Shown here piece after piece: positions 59,341-64,000 of a DNA stretch of 64,000 bases. Source of the stretch: an uncultured bacterium (lineage in GTDB: Bacteria > Fidelibacterota > Marinisomatia > Marinisomatales > UBA1611). Position numbers and translations under genes: made by a program. The DNA lies in the NCBI GenBank assembly GCA_964586315.1, contig CAZPHE010000002.1:31706-95705 (forward strand), in the 5' to 3' direction. Below the pieces are notes generated by a model. It did no database searches and was not told where the DNA came from. It saw nothing but the letters and a program-made list of their open reading frames with translations. How positions within the stretch are numbered: the stretch's first letter is position 1; each line of letters opens with the position of its first letter.

Positions 59341-59895
59341 ATGAATCAGAAAGAAAAATATTTTAGCTTTTTAGGCCTGACAATTGTATTAATAATTGGC
59401 TATATGTTTGATCGCAATCAGATGATAAAGAAGGTTAAAGAATACGAGATGGATATTTATAAGATTGATATAAAATTAAAAGAAGGTTCTGAGATCATGG
59501 ATGAAGTCAATACTATCAGACAAAACTTAATCAAAAATATAAACACATTAAGCTCTTATGCAATATCTGGAAGCCAACTATTGGATGAGATACAAAATGT
59601 GAAAACCTTGGCTAATAGATTGGATATTAATATTAAAGATTTAGAGATTGATCCAAGAAATACATTGCCTGAAACATACAAAAATATAAGTACAGAGAAT
59701 ATCAACTTAGAACGACAGACACTAAGTTTTGATTTAGTGGGCGATTTTCTTGATATAGGAAATTTTGTTGAGACTCTAGAAAATAGCGCTTCACCACTTA
59801 AACTAAAAAATTGTTCTATTTCCTTGGACAGCTTAGACCCTAGAGGGGTAATTGCAAAACTACAGTATGTTGCCTATGGAGGAGAAGAACTATGA
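59341..59895 (+). CDS. pilO: PilO-like type IV pilus alignment-complex protein
   Basis: 184 aa: an N-terminal TM helix 'FSFLGLTIVLIIGYMF', a coiled-coil segment, then a ferredoxin-like C-domain ('LSFDLVGDFLDIGNFVETLENSASPLKLKNCSISL'). Confidence 0.6.
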   Translation: MNQKEKYFSFLGLTIVLIIGYMFDRNQMIKKVKEYEMDIYKIDIKLKEGSEIMDEVNTIRQNLIKNINTLSSYAISGSQLLDEIQNVKTLANRLDINIKDLEIDPRNTLPETYKNISTENINLERQTLSFDLVGDFLDIGNFVETLENSASPLKLKNCSISLDSLDPRGVIAKLQYVAYGGEEL

Positions 59896-60305
59896 TAAAA
59901 GAAAAAATTATATTTGGATCATTCATTATAATTATTTCTTTAGTTGTTTTGGAATTTTTGCCAAAGATATTTCCTGCTTTAAATTTTTTTTTGCGCTCAG
60001 ATAAAATAAATATTGAATCAAACATTAAAAAATCAGATCAGAATAATACAGAGATTTCAAAACCGGTATCCCTCTTCATTTCTGAATGGGGGTCTGATAT
60101 TTTTCATGATCGTAGTAATGTTTATAATAATTGGTTCCAATTAACAGGCATTACTCAATTTGAAAATAATTATAAGGCAATTATAAATGGAGAGATTCTC
60201 ATGGAAATGGATCGAGTAAGAGGATTTACCGTAAAAAAAATTACTGGTAACAAGGTGGTATTAAAAAGAAATGAGTACATCGTAACACTTAAACTGGAAA
60301 AATAA
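59892..60305 (+). CDS. PilP-like small membrane-anchored protein
   Basis: 137 aa: an N-terminal hydrophobic anchor and a C-terminal beta-sandwich-like 'FQLTGITQFENNYKAIINGEILMEMDRVRGFTVKKITGNKVVLKRN'. Positioned between the PilO-like and secretin genes, with a 4-nt overlap upstream. Confidence 0.45.
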   Translation: MIKEKIIFGSFIIIISLVVLEFLPKIFPALNFFLRSDKINIESNIKKSDQNNTEISKPVSLFISEWGSDIFHDRSNVYNNWFQLTGITQFENNYKAIINGEILMEMDRVRGFTVKKITGNKVVLKRNEYIVTLKLEK

Positions 60306-61994
60306 ATGAAATACTTAATAAAAATAGTAAAAGTCTGCTGGCATATTTTGATCTGTTCTTCCTTGGTTGGTCAAACGCAGGGCTTTAAGTACAATCTGTT
60401 TCCTGCTTCCCCTAAGCTTAAAGATATTTATATTTCTGAAGAAAAAAAATCATATGTAATGACAATGGAATTTAATGGAACAAACTTTGATTATGTAACC
60501 AGTGAAAATTTTGCACCTCCTAGTATAACTTTATTGTTTAAAAATGTAGAATGGGATAGGGGAAATTTCACTCAAAAATGTGATCAAAATCCGCTTTACC
60601 AGTATTCTTTGAGTATTCCTAGAAATGCAAATCAGAAAGAGATCGATAAAAGACTGCGTTTAAAATTGGATTTTACGCGAATACCAGAATACAAAATAAA
60701 GCTTGAGCCTGGAAAAGGTAAAAAGAAGAAACATAAACTAAAAATTATATGGAATAAGAAGAATGAAAAAAAGAAGCCACAGAGATATGCATCTTCAAAT
60801 AAACGACTGCCACCATCTCGTGTAAGTTTAAATTTCCAAAATGCAAAATTGGTGAATGTGGTCAGAATGCTTGTATCTCAGGATAACCTGAATCTTATTA
60901 TGGGTGAAGATGTGGAAGGTCGGGTCACAGTGAGTCTATCAGATGTTTTATTAGAAACAGCTTTGGATGCCATCCTTCATGTCAACAATTACGAATGGTT
61001 TATCCAAGACAATATTATCATAATTCAACCTATGACAACAAAAAAAGTATTAAGTGGGGAATTATCGACTCGCATGTTTAGGTTGAATTATATAAATGGA
61101 GATATGGCAACAGAAGCTGTTAAAGAGGTGCTATCATCACGAGGGAAAATAAAGGCTATATCATCAACGGCATCAACCAATGTGGAGCCCGGAGAAAAAG
61201 ATATATTATTGGTTACAGATTTACCAACAAACTTTTCTCTGATAGATGGAGTTATTAAATCACTTGATGTGAAGAGTGATCAAATCAATATTGCTGTGAA
61301 ATTTGTTGAGACGGCATTGAAGCATGATGAGGTAATAGGCATCAACTGGGATCTAAGAGAACAGATGAGCATTATTAAAAGTGGAGATACCGATACCTCA
61401 AAAACCTTTGACTTGGGTTATTTGATGTTAGGTGACCAGACTATGAACTTTGCAACCTTAAGCAGACCGGTTGTTAGTGCAATACTTTCTCTTCTGGCTC
61501 AGGATGGAAGTACAAAACTTCTCCAAGAACCTCAAGTGACTACTACAAATAATTCTCCGGCAAATATTGTTGTTGGCACAACAATACCAGTACTGGTACC
61601 TCAGGGAGAGGGCAGTGTTTTTGGAACCAATCCGTATACATATGAAAACCAACATATAAATATATCACTTGATGTTTTACCAAGAGTGAATGAAGAAAAA
61701 ATTATAAGTATGAAGATTGATGCTGTGGTTCAAGATATTATTGGTTTTATTGGAAAAGATCAGCGTCCAATGATCTCGACTCGATCTACCAATACAACAG
61801 TAAGAGTGCATAATGGAGAGACCCTATTAATCGGTGGATTAATATTTGATACAGCAGACGAAATTAATTCAAAGGTTCCATTACTGGGGGATCTTCCGCT
61901 TATAAAAAGATTATTTAATTATAGTAGTAAAGATAAAGAGCAGCGAGAATTATTAATCTTTATAACACCCACTGTTATTTCTAGTGATGTATAG
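60306..61994 (+). CDS. pilQ: secretin (PilQ/GspD family) with an AMIN-like N-terminal region
   Basis: Secretin C-domain 'TTVRVHNGETLLIGGLIFDTADEINSKVPLLGDLPLIKRLFNYSSKDKEQRELLIFITPTVI'. N0/STN-like 'NFQNAKLVNVVRMLVSQDNLNLIMGEDVEGRVTVSL'. Confidence 0.85.
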   Translation: MKYLIKIVKVCWHILICSSLVGQTQGFKYNLFPASPKLKDIYISEEKKSYVMTMEFNGTNFDYVTSENFAPPSITLLFKNVEWDRGNFTQKCDQNPLYQYSLSIPRNANQKEIDKRLRLKLDFTRIPEYKIKLEPGKGKKKKHKLKIIWNKKNEKKKPQRYASSNKRLPPSRVSLNFQNAKLVNVVRMLVSQDNLNLIMGEDVEGRVTVSLSDVLLETALDAILHVNNYEWFIQDNIIIIQPMTTKKVLSGELSTRMFRLNYINGDMATEAVKEVLSSRGKIKAISSTASTNVEPGEKDILLVTDLPTNFSLIDGVIKSLDVKSDQINIAVKFVETALKHDEVIGINWDLREQMSIIKSGDTDTSKTFDLGYLMLGDQTMNFATLSRPVVSAILSLLAQDGSTKLLQEPQVTTTNNSPANIVVGTTIPVLVPQGEGSVFGTNPYTYENQHINISLDVLPRVNEEKIISMKIDAVVQDIIGFIGKDQRPMISTRSTNTTVRVHNGETLLIGGLIFDTADEINSKVPLLGDLPLIKRLFNYSSKDKEQRELLIFITPTVISSDV

Positions 61995-62005
61995 GAGGCA
62001 GTTTG

Positions 62006-63196
62006 ATGAATAAAAAACAAAATATCGTTTTTTACAAAATGATATCGATATTGCTTTATTGTAAAATTGAAAAACTAATAAGTATTTTGTTTCTAATATT
62101 TATTTTTTTAGAAACTGTTACATATGGGCAGAGCGATATGTTTATGTCAGGGAATAGCAGACCATATGCCGATGCCGGTAGGGATATCAATACACTCTCT
62201 AAAGGGTCTATATTTTTAGATGGTTCAAAATCTTTTGTTACTGATGGATCAAAAATAAAATATCATTGGACTTTCGCTCCAGGTCTTGTTCTTAATAGTG
62301 ATAATGATTTTTCATCAGAAATAGGCTTTGAATCATATGATGAAAAATACTTAGAGAGTGTTCAAACTTATAAAGAAGTATTAGATGTGAAACTTGCAGA
62401 AAATGTTCCTGGAACAAAATTAGAAGTTGTTTTAACAATTAAGGATCGTATTGGATTTGAAGCTGCAGACACATTAATTGTAGAATATTATGATCCTACC
62501 ATAGTAGCAACTCCAGATACGCTTCCTGATACATTAGCATCAGAAATAGACTCTCTAAATCTTGCATTCTCAGATTCTGATACAGTTATAATAAAAATAA
62601 AAGGTCTCGATCTTCTTATTCAAGGAATTTTGAATGATGAAGTAGACCAGATTGATGAAGAGATTATTAACAGCATTATTATGGATCAACTTAAAAAAAT
62701 AGGCTTCAATTCAAAAATTTATTTAAACAGAGACTTGGAACAGGATGGTCTTGATCAGGATTACAATTTAGATTGTCAAACCGATTCATGTGCATCAGGT
62801 AATGCACGATTGTTAAATGCGGGATATGTTTTATCATGGGGTTTTGCAGAATCAGATGATATGCTTTCAATGAGAGTGTTTGATAGTTCAAGTTTTAATG
62901 ATTGGATTGCCAGCGATATTATATCAAGCCCCTATAAAATTATTGATGATTCTGGAGTATACGGTTTGGAGAACAAACTCAGGATTTCTGTATCAAAACT
63001 AATGAGCTCAAAAACTTTTAAAAAAGAGATATCGACTGTAGATCGTTTAACAATTAAAAATGAACGCTGGATAGCCTTCGGGAAATACCCCATCATGTTG
63101 GGTGCAGTATATTTATTAATTGATAAAGTTTTTTTACAAAATCCAGAAGAGCCGGCCCCAAAAGAACCACCTGGGTTTCCACATGACGGATCTTAA
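62006..63196 (+). CDS. PKD-like-domain protein with a C-terminal TM anchor
   Basis: SD 'AGGAGG' lies 7 nt before the ATG at 62006. 'PYADAGRDINTLSKGSIFLDGSKSFVTDGSKIKYHWTF' has the PKD/REJ-like pattern 'P.AdAG.d......v.LdGs.S.d.dg.i..Y.W'. C-terminal helix 'YPIMLGAVYLLIDKVFL'. Confidence 0.5.
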   Translation: MNKKQNIVFYKMISILLYCKIEKLISILFLIFIFLETVTYGQSDMFMSGNSRPYADAGRDINTLSKGSIFLDGSKSFVTDGSKIKYHWTFAPGLVLNSDNDFSSEIGFESYDEKYLESVQTYKEVLDVKLAENVPGTKLEVVLTIKDRIGFEAADTLIVEYYDPTIVATPDTLPDTLASEIDSLNLAFSDSDTVIIKIKGLDLLIQGILNDEVDQIDEEIINSIIMDQLKKIGFNSKIYLNRDLEQDGLDQDYNLDCQTDSCASGNARLLNAGYVLSWGFAESDDMLSMRVFDSSSFNDWIASDIISSPYKIIDDSGVYGLENKLRISVSKLMSSKTFKKEISTVDRLTIKNERWIAFGKYPIMLGAVYLLIDKVFLQNPEEPAPKEPPGFPHDGS

Positions 63197-63243
63197 AAAA
63201 TTTACTACAACTTAAAATTATGTTCTCAAAATAGGAGATTACC

Positions 63244-64000
63244 ATGAAGAAATTCATAATTATCCTCATTCTACTATTCGCTAATGGGTTTAGCCAGAAT
63301 AGATCTAATAATAAAACTACAAAAGACAAGGATGAATCAATAATTGGTACATTGGTCCAAAAAACACTTCAAAATGTCCCAAGGCGCATCTCTTATCAAG
63401 GTCTGATCACGAAAGCTGATGGAAGTCCAACAGCAGATGGCAGCTATGAAATATTATTTAAACTATACGACACAGCAATCGGCGGTGAACCAGTCTGGTC
63501 AGAGAATTTGGAAGTAACAGTCAATAATGGCATTATTAGTACGATACTTGGTAATATTAATCCTTTTGGTGCAATTCCTGAAGAAGCGTATCTCGAGCTT
63601 ACGGTTGATGGTTCTACTCTATCGCCTCGACAATCCCTTACATCTGTGTTTTATTCTGTTTTATCAGATACAGCCGGTTATGCTAAGACAGCGGATTATG
63701 ATGATCTTATTGATTTGCCAGATTTAGATGTTTATGTCTTAAAAGATTCTTTAGGTAGTTATACTACGAGTGAAGACCTATTTGATACTCTTTCAAATTA
63801 TCAGCAACTTGATTCAAATCTAACAGACCTTGTTGAAGACGGCATTCTTTCTGCAACTAAAATCGAATATGGAATTTCTTCAGAAGGAATAGCAGGAGAA
63901 TCCTGGATTTCAGATGGCGATGGTTCAGGAGAATGGGGTATCCCAACAGCAATCGCGGCTGATGATATTTTTACTGGAGATAGTGATATCAATATTCAGA
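63244..64000 (+). CDS. secreted repeat/fibre-like protein, N-terminal part (ORF runs off the window end; absent from the supplied ORF track)
   Basis: My own frame-1 translation from the ATG at 63244 has no stop through 64000. It starts 'MKKFIIILILLFANGFSQ' (signal peptide), then 'RISYQGLITKADGSPTADGSYEILFKLYDTAIGGEPVWSENLEVTVNNGIISTILG', a motif I associate with tail-fibre-like surface proteins. SD-like 'taGGAGattaccATG'. Confidence 0.6.
   Translation, partial: MKKFIIILILLFANGFSQNRSNNKTTKDKDESIIGTLVQKTLQNVPRRISYQGLITKADGSPTADGSYEILFKLYDTAIGGEPVWSENLEVTVNNGIISTILGNINPFGAIPEEAYLELTVDGSTLSPRQSLTSVFYSVLSDTAGYAKTADYDDLIDLPDLDVYVLKDSLGSYTTSEDLFDTLSNYQQLDSNLTDLVEDGILSATKIEYGISSEGIAGESWISDGDGSGEWGIPTAIAADDIFTGDSDINIQ

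Noticed and set aside
63093-63992. Track ORFs 63093-63329 (minus), 63527-63727 (plus) and 63801-63992 (minus).
   Set aside because: All three overlap better-supported coding frames. These are the C-terminus of the PKD-like gene and the unlisted frame-1 ORF from 63244, which has a signal peptide and an SD-like site.

Overview
This is an AT-rich (roughly 30% G+C by eye, not computed), densely packed chromosomal segment from a diderm bacterium. Evidence for the diderm envelope is an LPS-type heptosyltransferase, a secretin, and several predicted outer-membrane beta-barrels ending in Phe. Shine-Dalgarno sites are in use. The lineage cannot be named from sequence alone; an uncultured FCB-like or candidate phylum is only a guess. 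I call about 57 protein-coding genes. I saw no rRNA, tRNA, CRISPR array, transposase or integrase. The backbone is housekeeping: wzx and glycosyltransferase operon, amiC-like amidase, murI, folC, rho, aspartate aminotransferase, rpmE, prfA, prmC, dnaE, dtd, pepP-like peptidase, ligA, carAB, glnII, mtaB and an ABC-F ATPase. The most unusual locus is 52978-61994, a pilMNOPQ-like operon. Its first gene is one 2118-aa ORF that fuses a winged-helix domain, an Arg-doublet repeat, a degenerate PilM-like actin-fold domain, about 1350 aa of coiled coil and a complete PilN-like module that keeps the LNLLP PilM-binding peptide. PilO-like, PilP-like and secretin genes follow, with no pilin, ATPase or platform gene nearby. 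Other loci worth a second look are listed here.
- An orphan Cas6-like protein (GhGxxxxxGhG loop) with a long basic tail sits between rho and an aminotransferase.
- A tandem pair of paralogous 2-TM mini-proteins has strong SD sites and a GC-rich terminator.
- A 2-TM K+ channel is translationally coupled to a separate cNMP-binding protein.
- A DUF2254-like/TerB-like membrane protein lies divergent from a stand-alone TerB-like paralog and an (RRxxx)n mini-protein.
- A tightly overlapped operon combines an ABC-2 exporter with outer-membrane barrel proteins.
- An archaeal DGGGP-synthase-like UbiA prenyltransferase is coupled to dnaE.
All functional calls come from reading motifs in the supplied translations. 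No database search was run.
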